Positions 52,346 to 63,708 of a stretch of DNA of 64,000 bases are shown piece by piece. Each line of letters opens with the position of its first letter. The first letter of the stretch is position 1. This DNA is from Mobula birostris. Taxonomy: Eukaryota. Made by a program: the position numbers and the translations under genes. The stretch is taken from positions 17,243,629 to 17,307,628 of the forward strand of contig NC_092384.1 in the NCBI RefSeq assembly GCF_030028105.1, written 5' to 3'. The notes beneath the pieces are model-generated. The model saw only the letters and a list, made by a program, of their open reading frames with translations, had not been told where the DNA came from and ran no database searches.

Positions 52346-52978
52346 CTTAAGAAATAAAAGAAATTATTTGCATTGTAAAAACTGGACATTATTCGTTTCA
52401 TACCAATCGAGTTCAACGCTTAAGAGGAAATACCTAACGTACGGATCCTTCACAAATCATATTTTGGTATCAGTTGCCTTAGACTGTGCATCAACACCAT
52501 GGCACTATGCTCAAGAGTCTTCGACATTTAACGAAGCTGTAAAGTGATAATAGCATATGTATGGCCGTACTACGTTTAAATACTGTCGCTAAAATAGAAA
52601 TTAAAATCATTGAGACATGCACGAGTTCGTCAATGTTCTTTACACATTCACAGTAAGTCCAGACCTACGCCAAGTTGCATACGCTTCAGAATATGGATCT
52701 GCCATTGTATTGTAAACGACATTTGAAGTACCCCAAAGGGATATGACGGCATTTATGAACAAGATACAGCCTGTAAATACAGCGAGTGGACTGGTGAAAT
52801 TAATGCACTTAACATCCAGCTTGTGTTGTGCCTGATGGTTAACAATGTAATCATGTTCGTGCATCTCAATCTATGTCTAATCATGCTGTAATGACACATT
52901 CTTTTTGAAGTTAAATATCTTTAGCGCATCTATTTTGCACGAATAAAGCTGATATTTCTCAGCGATCAGGGTCCTTAC

Positions 52979-53086
52979 CGTGCGATCTCTTTAACTTGAC
53001 TTTCACCAAAACTATTATCAGAGCTAAAATTGCCGATCCGCCCAGTGCACCTGCCACAATGAATTTAGTATCAGCACCTTGTGGCC
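52979..53086 (-). CDS. IgSF receptor exon 5, transmembrane (GPQGADTKFIVAGALGGSAILALIIVLVKVKLKRSH)
   Basis: 108 nt, phase 1-1; acceptor ttcttgttttacccctgtag|, donor CACG|gtaagg; 20-residue uncharged hydrophobic stretch with GxxxG, then a basic stop-transfer (KVKLKR). Confidence 0.9.
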
Positions 53087-53319
53087 CTACAGGGGTAAAA
53101 CAAGAAACTGTGAAGCATTTATACATCTAAAAACAAATCCACACATGAGAATCTACAACGTAAATTACTTCATAGGCTCCTTTCAAATCTCACTGAACAT
53201 ATCGTAAAATATATCATGAGACAGGAAATGCAGATTCCCACCTTTGTTATATCAAGATAAGGTAAAGAGTTTAAGTGTTGCATTATCACAGTTTTGCCAA
53301 ATGATCAGAAGTTTGTTAC

Positions 53320-53349
53320 CTTCCAAATACTGCACGAATTCAATTCGTC
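53320..53349 (-). CDS. IgSF receptor exon 4, candidate 30-nt stalk microexon (GRIEFVQYLE)
   Basis: Acceptor ttaagtagtgtag|, donor GAAG|gtaaca; phase 1-1 and open between the C1 and TM exons. It can be skipped without a frameshift. Confidence 0.55.
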
Positions 53350-53662
53350 CTACACTACTTAATATAATGGAAAAACACGTCAGTTCTTGAACATCTTTCA
53401 CACTGAATATTAATTATCAATATTAGTCATTCTTCCTTGTTTGAGTAGCTGTTCAGTTACCGTTCTTAACAAAGTCACATTGACCCCACCATTATGACTA
53501 ATAAGCCATTCCAACTTACACTGAGCGCAAAAGATTCTGAACATGCTGAAATCCAGAGTAACACATAAAGTCCTGGAGGAACTCAGCGGATCAGACAGCT
53601 CTAAAGTGTCGACATTTATGTCCGAGATCCAACATCATGACCTCATCGAGACACCATCTTAC

Positions 53663-53956
53663 CTTGGTCCAGGAAGTAGCTGAAACTGGCGGGCACCTTG
53701 AGGGAGACGTGCGATACCAGACAGGTGTAAACATCTTTTCCCCAAGTAGACTTCCTGATTTCCAATAAACTAAAAGCTTCGTACAAGCCATCCATGCTCC
53801 GGTTTGTCACACTTTCTATTCCAGTGCGAATTTGCTTGTTATTTCTTTGCCAGACGATTTCTACTTTCTCCGGGTAGAAGGCAGCCGTTTTACAAAGGAG
53901 CTTTCGAGGAGACGAAAACTCTCCAACAGGAACAATTTCCAAAGGAGTTGGAGGAG
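53663..53956 (-). CDS. IgSF receptor exon 3, C1-set domain
   Basis: 294 nt, phase 1-1; acceptor ttgtttttttcccaag|, donor CAAG|gtaaga. Motifs LLCKTAAFYPEKVEIVW, DGLY, YTCLVSHVSL match the C1-set signatures CxxxxFYP...W and YxCxVxH. Confidence 0.93.
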
Positions 53957-54989
53957 CTTGGGAAAAAAACAAAGTTATTTTGGGTACTTTCAATCCATTT
54001 CAGAGTAGGTAGGTTCCCTTAATTCCCCGCCAACTGGCATGACGCTCTAACTCTAATTCTTTCAATTTTACGTTCAGTTTATTGTTGCTCAAGCGTTGAC
54101 ACACACCTCTAAGCGAAACATTGCTCTTCTGGGGTAAATTGCAAAATACAGTACATATCATCACACATAGCACATGTAGTTACCATCCAGCACAGACAGT
54201 CACAAAACAAGCAAAATAAAATGGAGTCACCTTAGGGAACGGATGAAAGGAATAGTTCAGAGAATACATATCGATGGCGAATCTAAAAGGTTCGAAATGA
54301 GGAAGACATTCTCTTTGAATGGTATTTGAGCTTCATTGCACAGTTGGTTTGCGGCGGGCATTGGCTTTGGAAACCTGGCTACTTTTGGATTTTTCATTTC
54401 GTATAAGACTGAGCTACAAAACCCAAATATCACAGATTTCTATAGCACATGGAGTATAATATTCTAGCAGCTCAATTGCTAAGGGAGTGTTTCAGGTCTT
54501 GGGGTTGAGCTTTCAAGTAATAAAAATTCAGTAATAGAGTTTCCCTCGAAATGTAAACCATTCCTGCAACAGTTCCTCGTATTGAATGTTGTAAATTATA
54601 TCCTCCGTGAAACAACCAGGAACGCAAATGCACATTGATGTTAAGTTCATTGATTCTGTAGTTCTATTCTTGCTAAAGCCTGCAGAAACATAGTCGACAG
54701 TGACTTGGCACTGCTATAGGATCGTTTGTGAAAATCATGCCTTGCAGAGTGTCAAACAGGAACTGAACAACTTCAATTGCACCATACACAGAGTTTTCTA
54801 AAACATGAGCCCAATTTTAAGGTTTTGTAATCATAGACTGCTTCGGCTGCAGCTATGGTCGGTGTCTAACGGGGGGATTCAATAGTTATACTGCTTTATC
54901 TGTTTATAACATCAGTTAGGATTTCGCTCTGCTTGCAATGGCCATCCCGCGTTCACGGTTGCCCGATTCCATCTCCCACGCCTATACCG

Positions 54990-57900
54990 ACGTCAACGAT
55001 TTTGGCCTTGTTAAATTTTTGGTGAAGGGCAATCCCAAGGTGAAAAAAATCGAAGGCTTTCACAGATACATTAAGCGCAAAGGGATAGCGACAAACAAAA
55101 TTGATCCATTTGAAGATCAGCGTGTTCAACAATGCATGGAGGCGAAAGAGATGGAGGGAGATCTTATCTATTTCCATTTGTTTTTACTTGGGAGACGTGC
55201 ACAGAGACTATACAACTCATGCAAAACAGAAGCAATGTCATTGCCCACATACGGATTACTGCCTTGAGGCAAATTAGGGTGCAGAAGTTTCCCGAATATG
55301 GCAAGGTGTCCCACTGGACCTCGCTGGAGGCTAGTGCAGAAAGTGAAAGGGCCCCGATAGACGTATTCAAGATATCCTTACTCATTGGTGAAGTGCCGGA
55401 GGACTAGGGTATAACTAATGTTTTAAGACCATATGACTATTGGATATAGGAGCCGAGTTAGGCCATTTGACCCACCAAGTTTGCTCTGCCATTTCATCAG
55501 AGTTAACATTTACCTCTCAGCCCCAATCTCCCGCCTTCTCTCCGTAGTTCTTCATGCTCTGACAAATCAAGAACCTAGCAACTACAGCTTTAAATATCCA
55601 TAAACACTTTGTCTACATAGCAGTCTGTGGCAAAAAAATTCCACGGGTTCACCATTCTCTGGCTATAGGCATTCCTCTTTATTTCTTTTTTTTAAAAGGA
55701 TGCCCCTCTATTGTAAGGCTGCGTCCTCTGGTCTGAGACTCTCCCACCATAAGAAACATCCTCTCCACATCCACACTAAACAGTATTTTCACCTTCAACA
55801 GGTTTCCATGCCATCGCTCCTAATTTATTTTTTTTCTGAATTCTAGTGAAAACAGTCCCAGAGCCATAAATCCTCTACATATGACTAGTTATTTAATTCT
55901 GGAATCATTGTCGTGAACCTACTTTGAACCTACTCCAGTTCCAGTACATTCACAGAGAGGGCCTAAAACTGCTCACAATATGCCATGATGCCTCACCAGT
56001 GCTTTACAAAGTCTCAACATTACATCTTTGCTTTTATATTCTAGTCCTCTCGAAATAAATGCAATCATTGCATTTGCCTTCCTGATCTCAGACTCAACCA
56101 GCAAATTAACCTTTGTGGAATACTTCACACGGACTCCCAAGTCCCTTTGTGACTCAAAGTTTTTTGTATTTTCTCTCCAGTTAGAAAATAGTCAAAACTT
56201 TTATACCCTCCACCAAAGTGGATGGCCACACTGCATCCCATCTGCTATTTGTTTGCCTATTCTCCTAATCTGTCTAAATCTTGCTGTAGTCTCTCTACCT
56301 GCCTGTCCATCTATTTTCATATCGTCTGCAGCTTTGCAACAAAGCCATCAATGCCATCAACCATATCACTGACATATAACCTTAAACGAATAGGTCACAA
56401 CACAGACCCCTTTGGAACACCATTAGTGACGGGCAGCTAACCAACAAGTATTTCCTTTATTCCCACTCTTTGTCTTCTTACCAACCAGCCACTGTTTTAT
56501 CCACCCTAGAATCTTTCCTGTAATGCTTTGGGCTCGTAGCTTGTTAAACAGCCTTGTGTGTGGTACTATGTCAAAGGCTTTTTGAAAATCCAAGTACACA
56601 ACAACAGATTCTCCCTATCTTTATCTATCCTTTATTCCTTTCTTCAAATAATTCAATCGGATTTGTCTGGCGAGAGTTTCCCTTCAGGAAATCTTGATTA
56701 ATATGGCGTATTTTATTATGTTCCTTCAAGTAACCTAAGACCTGATCCTTAATAATGGACTCCAAAATCTTGTCAACCAGTTAGGTGAGACTGACTGGCC
56801 TATAGTTTCTCTTTTCTGCCTCTCTGCCTTCTTGAAGAGTGGAGTGACATTTGCAACTTTCCAGTCTTCCAGAACCATTCCAAAATCTATTAATTTCTGA
56901 AAGACCTTTACTATTGCCTCCACAATCTCATCAGCAACTTTTATAAGAACCCTGGGATGTACATCATCTGGTCCAGGTGAAATACCTACCTTCAGACCAT
57001 TTAGTTTCCCAATAACTTGCTCTCCAATTATGTCTCTAGTTTGCCGCTGTTCAAGATAGACTCTGGGAATAAACCAGGATATTATAGACCAGTGGGTATT
57101 ACAGACAAGTGGGTAGTTTATTCGAAGCTATTCTAAAGAATGTGACATATACCGTAAATTTTAAGATAGACTGGGCTTGTTTGGGAATAGGCAATATTGT
57201 TTTGTGCAATGTAGGCTGTGTCTAACCAATCTCAAAGAGCTTATTGAACCGGTTACCAATGCTCCTGATGAAGGATAACAGTGGATGTGGTCAACATGAC
57301 TTTTAGCAAGAGCTTTGTAAAAGTTCTTCATGGGGGTGGCGGGCTGATCATGTACGTTCGCTTGGCATTCAGAACGAATGAGTAAATTGTATCTAACGTT
57401 GGTTTCACGGGAGAATCCAGAGTATGGTAGTGGATGGCTGATCTTTGAATGAAGGCCTTTGACTAGTGGTGTAGGCATTGCTATGAAAGTTTGCAGAGGG
57501 TCATGGAGCAGGTGGGCTGAAAATGGCAGATATAATTTAATGAAAGTAATTGTAAGCTGTTGCACTTTGAGAAGACAAACCAGTCTCGGATATACACAGT
57601 CAAAGAGACTGGCATTGAGGAGTGCGGTAAAAATAATCTTGGAATATAGATCGATAATTCATTGAAAGTGGAGTCAATGACGGATAGTATCGTAAAGATA
57701 GCCTTGGTTATACAGGCCTTCATATATCAGAATATTGAGTGTAGAAGTTGGGATGTTATGCTGAATTTGTATTAGATATTAGTGAGAACAAATTTGGAGT
57801 ATTGTTTGCAGTTCTGGTTACCTATCTGCAGGAAAGTTATCAATATGATTGAATGAGTACAAAGAAAACTTACAAGGAAGTGGCATGAATTTGAGGACAT

Positions 57901-58200
57901 GAATTATGAGGAAAGGTTTAACAGGTTAGGATTGTTTCCATGATTCGTATGAGAACGAGCGAACTTTTGATTGAGGCATACAAAATTATGAGGGATGTAG
58001 ATATGGTGCATGTAAGCCTGCTTCATCCACTGAGGTTGGGTGAGAATGGAATTGGAAGTCATTGCTTAAGAATGAAATGAGAAGTATTAAATACGAACCT
58101 GAGGGGAAACGTCTTCACTCAGACGGTGATGCTACTGTGCAATGAGCTGCCAGCGGAAGTTTTAAATGTAGGTTTGCCCTCGACTCTTTACACTTTACTA
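54990..58200. mobile_element. CR1 fragments in the V-C1 intron (+ 54990-55435; - 55435-57040; + 57045-58200)
   Basis: GFHRYIKRK, DWKVANVTPLFKK, FSKSFVK and LEYCLQFW motifs; CATATGAC tail at 55435. Confidence 0.8.
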
Positions 58201-58963
58201 TTAGCCCTATCAAAATTCACCTCGATTTTGAGAGGTTTATATTTCTCCCCATTTTGTATGGTGAAAGAAATATAGATTTTGCTAATCCTGCATGACAGAA
58301 GTTGGAATGACAATTGCAGTGCATGCGACAAATTGTTACTTGATGTTGTGATTAACTGGTTTGGAGCTGGGTATTATTCCTCTCTACTAGTTGATGCGTA
58401 AATGGAGCATTGTGTTGCTGCATACAGACCCTTTGATAGTGATTATTCTATTAAAGTATTAATATTTTGCCTCCTCGGTGATGACGAATCGAGTTATCCA
58501 ACTCCAACTATTCACATTAACATTAACATTATTTCAGCCTTTTGCTTGCAAAACAATCCTAACCTTGCTTGAATGTTAATTCGTTGCATTCAAAAAGTAC
58601 CTTCGCGATAATGAGGGTAAAATCGAAAGGTTTCACGAACCTTGGACATTAGCTTTAACTGGGAGATCGCTGATGAAGAGGGCTGGACTAGAGCAGAGGG
58701 AAAGAGCCGGTGAAATACGATACAATGAACAGAACCAACTCTATTATGCGCCGAATGGTTGCTACATGAAATGTGATTAATTCTTCTGTTCTTTTTAAGT
58801 CTGAATTTAGAATCTCTGGACTGGGATGTATTTTAACGCGGGAAACAAATATATTCTAGCCGTTTGTTTTATCCAGTAGAAACTTTTCGTTTTATCCTCA
58901 GCACTAAGTTTAAGTTTGATGTAAAATGCACAGAACCGAAAATCTCCAAGCAGCCACACTCAC

Positions 58964-59269
58964 CGAACACAGTCAGCTTGGTACCACCTCCAGTCCCGAA
59001 AGGTTGTTCCTGATAGTTTGCTTCACAGTAATACAGTCCGGAGTCGGCCAATTTGACATTCCAGAGTGCAAGTTCTCCCCTTCCCCTTTCTACGGTAAAA
59101 TGACTTCTGTTGTCCCTTTCTAAGAATGCTTTCTCGCCTTCCCTCCACCAACGAACGTCAACAGTACCTTCTGATATTGGAAATTTGCAGAACATAGTAA
59201 CATTCTCACCACCCAGGACTTCCAGTTCCCTTGGTAATTGAGATACTTCGCTTGCAGTTACTTTGACCG
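58964..59269 (-). CDS. IgSF receptor exon 2, germline-joined VJ-type V domain
   Basis: 306 nt, phase 1-1; acceptor ttctttatttttccggaag|, donor TTCG|gtgagt. Translation VKVTASEVSQLPRELEVLGGENVTMFC...VRWWRE...DSGLYYCEANYQEQPFGTGGGTKLTVF has both Cys, the C-strand Trp, DxGxYxC and a J-like GxGTKLTV in one exon. Confidence 0.93.
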
Positions 59270-59472
59270 CTTCCGGAAAAATAAAGAACAGTATTAATAA
59301 CAGTTAAATACAGTGAATTAAAAAAAAAACTGAAGACGTAAGTCACTGGATATCTAAGAGCCAAAGACGATCGAATAGCTGAACCACTGTAACCGAATAT
59401 GCTGCAGGCACTCAGGGTTTAATATTCTAAAATATTATTCCGTTCGGAAACGGCGTGTATAAATCAGCATAC

Positions 59473-59527
59473 CTAGCCAAGTAATAGCCAGAAGTGCCAA
59501 GTACGAAACCGTAAATTTCTCCGACAT
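59473..59527 (-). CDS. IgSF receptor exon 1, signal peptide (MSEKFTVSYLALLAITWL + phase 1)
   Basis: ATG at 59527-59525; 55 nt (18 codons + 1); hydrophobic core; donor CTAG|gtatgc; phase 1 joins the V exon as GCG (Ala). Confidence 0.85.
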
Positions 59528-59559
59528 CTTACAGAAACCAATCGACAAATTCCTGCAAT

Positions 59560-59640
59560 GCAAGTGGTATTTTAAAGCAAGTGCTGGAGGAGAAGTTCTT
59601 CATGAGGAAATGTATCAATATGACGTGGGATGACGCCACA
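59560..59640 (-). promoter_or_regulatory. Candidate proximal promoter of the IgSF gene
   Basis: TATA-like TTTAAAA on minus near 59570; GAGGAA (Ets-type core) at 59604-59609; two CRE half-sites TGACG at 59621 and 59631, 10 bp apart. Motif match only. Confidence 0.4.
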
Positions 59641-60311
59641 GCAAGGCAGAATAATATAGTTCAAATTTAAACTCTGCGTCGGCTGGAAGGGAGAAACGAA
59701 CTCTTACAATTCTAATTTTTACATGGCCCAGCTAGTGCTTTCGTGATTATGCTAGAAATTTTGCCCTCTTACTGAATTTAGGGATTATCGATATCTTTAT
59801 TGAGATATAAATTCAAATCTGCATTCTGCGAATTTTGATGGTAAAGGTGGATCCTTATTACTTCAGCAATTTTCATGAAACAAAAGCATATAATGTGAAA
59901 ACTTCATAAATTTATTCCAGTGACAGATTTCAGTCTGTTTTCTGAAAGTAGGCCGCATAGTACTCAGGTTCCATACACTCTGCAGCGAGCAGCTCGCACG
60001 TAGAACTCAGCATAATGCAGCAACAAATGCTGACTGTGTTGGAGATAGATTCCGGGTATAGAATATTGATCACACGAAGAGAGAGTTAGTTTTCAAACAC
60101 AACTTATTCAGTTTAATGATGACAGATATTCAAGAGGTACTGCGATAAAATCCATAAAGGGTGCATCGACGAAGGTTCAAATAATTGATTGCAGTTCCGA
60201 GGCTCCATTTTAAATTCAATAAACACAAGCAATTCCATTGAGGAAAAGGCTGCTCTTTCAAATATCTCCTACATTTCCACAAAGCAAACAGGAGACAATA
60301 GGATAGTCCAT

Positions 60312-62345
60312 CGAACATAAAACATAGAACATAGAATACTACAACACATTACAGGCTTTTCGGCTCACAATGTTGTGCAGACCCTCAAACCCTGCCTCCC
60401 ATATAACCCCCCACATTAAATTCCTTCACATACCTGTCTAGTAGTCTCTTAAACTTCACGAGTGTATCTGCCTCCACCACTGACTCAAGCGGTACATTCC
60501 ACGCACCAACCACTCTCTGAGTAAAAAACCTCCCTCTAATACCCCCCTGGAACTTCCCACCCCTTACCTTAAAGCCATGTCCTCTTGTATTCAGCAGTGG
60601 TGAACTGAGGAAGAGGCGCTGGCTATCCACTCTATCTATTCCTCTTATTACATTGTACACCTCTATCATGTCTCCCCTCATCCTCCTTCTCTCCAAAGAG
60701 TAAAGCACTTTCTCCCTTTATCTCTGATCATAATGCATACTCTCTAAACCAGGCAGCATCCTGGTAAATCTCCTCTGTACCTTTTCCAATGCTTCCTCAT
60801 CCTTCCTATAGTGAGACGACCAGAACTGGACACAGTACTCCAATTGTGGCCTAACTAGAGCTTTAGAGAGCTGCATAATTACATCGCAACTCTTAAACTC
60901 TGTCCCTCGACTTCTGAAAGCTAACACCCCATAAGCATTCTTGACTACCCTATCTAACTGTGAGGCAACTTTCAGGGATCTGTGGACATGTACCCCGAGA
61001 TCCTTCTGCTCCTCCACACTAGCGGGTATCCTGCCATTTACTTTGTGGTCTGCCTTGGAGTTTGTCCTTCTAAAGCGTACCACCTCACACTTCCCCGGGT
61101 TGAACTCCATCTGCCACATCTCAGCCCACTTCTGCATCCTATCAATGTCTCTCTGCAATCTTCGACAATCTTCTACACTGTCTACAACACCACCAACCTT
61201 TGTGTCGTCTGCAAACTTGCCAACCCACCCCTCTAGGCCTACATCCAGGTCGTTAATAAAAATCACGAAAAGTAGAGGTCCCAGAACAGATCCTTGTGGG
61301 ACACCACTACACACAATCCTTCAATCTGAATGTACTCACTCCACCACGACCCTCTGCCTTCTGCAGACAAGCCAATTCTGAATCCACCTGACCAAACCTC
61401 CGTGGATCCCATTCCTTCTGATTTTCATAATAAGCCTACCGTGTGGAACCTTGTCAAATGCCTTTTTTAAAATCCATTTAGATCACATCTACTGCACTAT
61501 CCTCATCTATATGCCTGGTCACCACCTCAAAGAACTCTATTAGGCTTGTTAGACACGATCTGCCCTTCACAAAGACATGCTGACTGTCCCTGATCAGACG
61601 ATGATTCCCTTAATGCCCATAGATCCTATTTCTGAGAATCTTTTCCAACAGCTTTCCAACACAGACGTAAGTCTCACTGGTCTATAATTACCCGGACTAT
61701 TCCTACAACTTTTTTTGAACAAGGGGACAACTTTCGCTTCCCTCCAATCCTCCGGTACCATTCTCGTGGAAAACGAGGACATAAAAATCCTAGCCAGAGG
61801 CTCAGCAATCTCTTCCCTCGCCTCATGGAGCAGCCTGAGGAATATTCCGTCAGGCCCCGGGGACTTATCCGTCCTAATGCATTTAACAACTCCAACACGT
61901 CCTCTCCCTTAATATCAATATGCTCCAGAGCATCAGCCTCACTCATATTATCATCAGGTTCACTCTCATTGGTGAATACCGAAGAGTATTTATTGAGGAC
62001 CTCGCTAACTTCCACAGCCTTGAGGCACATCTTCTCTAATCGGTCCGACCTTCACTCCTGTCATCCTTTTGTTCTTCAGATAATTGAAGAATGCCTTGGA
62101 TTTTTCCTTTACCCTACTCACCAAGGCCTTCCCATGCCCCCTTCTTGCTCTTCTCAGCCCCTTCCTAAGCTCCTTTCTTGCTTCCCTATATTCCTCAATA
62201 GTCCCATCTGATCCTTGCTTCCTAAACCTCATGTATGTTGTCTTCTTCCACCTGACTAAATTTTTCACCTCACTTGTCACCCATGGTTCCTTCACCCTAC
62301 CATTCTTTATCTTCCTCACCGGGACAAATTTATCCCTAACATTCT
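60312..62345 (-). mobile_element. 5'-truncated CR1, relatively intact RT
   Basis: ORF 60718-61314 (GVPQGSVLGP, FADDTK, LEYCVQFW); (TTCTATG)n tail at 60312-60335. Confidence 0.92.
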
Positions 62346-63708
62346 GCATCCATCGAGCAGAAATTTTAACCCGATACAGAAGAAAAGGGTTAACACGCAC
62401 ATAAGTGTCTAACCTGACAGGGCATAAATTGTTATCCACTGAATATTTAAATGCTTCTTGGTTGGTGATGAAACAATAATGACCTTTTCATGTGCTTCCC
62501 ACGTTTGGAGTTAAGATTCTGATTACCATGTCAAACGGCTCACCATTTTGATCGGTTATGTTTCCCAATTTCCACGAAGCGGTGGGGATGTTATGCCGTT
62601 TTCACAGAAGCTTTGTCACCATTATAAAATTGTATCTCCCGTGCTCTCAGATCTGAAATTATGTGCCTGCTTGGAACGTAAAGTTGGTCAGAGGTAACAC
62701 AAATTTTGTCTCTTAGGTCCCACGAGATGTAATTGAGGTCTGTTTGTTGAGGACTTTAGTCGAGAAATGATATCGACATTTGGAACATTATCCTGCTGTG
62801 GATCTGGATGAATCGTAGGAGGTAATTCTAATGAGAGATAGCTTAGTTTTACGTTACAGGCAATTTGAGATGCCGAATACAAAAATGTGTCTGCAGCAGA
62901 AAACACTATTTCCAGAAGATACGTTTTCTGTCGTGATTTCTGCCTTGATCATCTGATATTCCTTTTTCTCGACACGTAAGTACCAAAGATAAGAGTACTG
63001 CGATTTGTTCCCCAAGAACTACTCTCTGTTCTCCATCAGTCCATCCTTCATGGTGTGTAAGAATGGAGCAGTAAGTTGGACCGATTACTAAGCACTTAAA
63101 AACAAGCTGGCTGATGAAAATTGGCTTCGTTTGAGTACGGTTGGGATTGTCGTGCTAGCTCTCAGGTGCCAATTGATTAAGAATGCCCATACATTTTTAG
63201 TTTTAATTCCTTTAGAGATAAACCCTACATCTCTATGTTTTCACCAGCATATCGTTAACTGGGGCAGAAACACACAGGAAAGACTTTTTTTTTTCTTTTT
63301 TTAAGCATTCAGTTTACTGGTTTTTTTTTTTTAATTTTAAATGCTTGAATACATGACAATTTCAGAAAAATTAAGAAGTGTATAAATGTCAAACACAGCT
63401 CTGGTTATGCCAAAGGATTGACTGTAAATCTAGATTTCTAATTTGTGAGACAATTTTGTCCACCGGACGAGATAATCTTTTATAATATCGCGCATTTACA
63501 TGCCTCTATCTTCATTAAAGACATATTCCAAAATGTTTTCAGCAAGGTTCTTTTAGGATGAATGTTTCAACTGAATGCAGATTATCTTTAATAGATAACA
63601 GGGAGCTGAATTGTAGTTAGTCGACTGCAAAATTAAAGCTACTATTTGATATTACTGGGTGGAAGTCATAGGAAACAATTAGCAAGCCAGGCAGCGTCTG
63701 CTGAGAGA

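Noticed and set aside
52366-52373. ATTTGCAT octamer in intron 5
   Set aside because: Not conserved in duplicate A and expected by chance in AT-rich sequence.
52640-52864. Minus-strand ORF with VVYNTM
   Set aside because: Not a proper ITIM, no phase-compatible splice sites, and the frame is not preserved in duplicate A.
54540-54680. Possible extra Ig exon in the V-C1 intron
   Set aside because: The short open frame after an AG lacks Ig motifs and stops after about 50 codons.
58869-58963. V ORF read-through tail (GECGCLEIFGSV...)
   Set aside because: It starts at a strong GTGAGT donor, is intron sequence and has no TM or motif.
58860-59300. V exon as a rearranging Ig/TCR V segment or a germline-joined Ig light chain
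   Set aside because: The J motif is in the same exon, a GT donor follows directly and there is no heptamer/nonamer. Downstream TM and ITIM exons and the lack of a C-terminal light-chain Cys argue against IgL.
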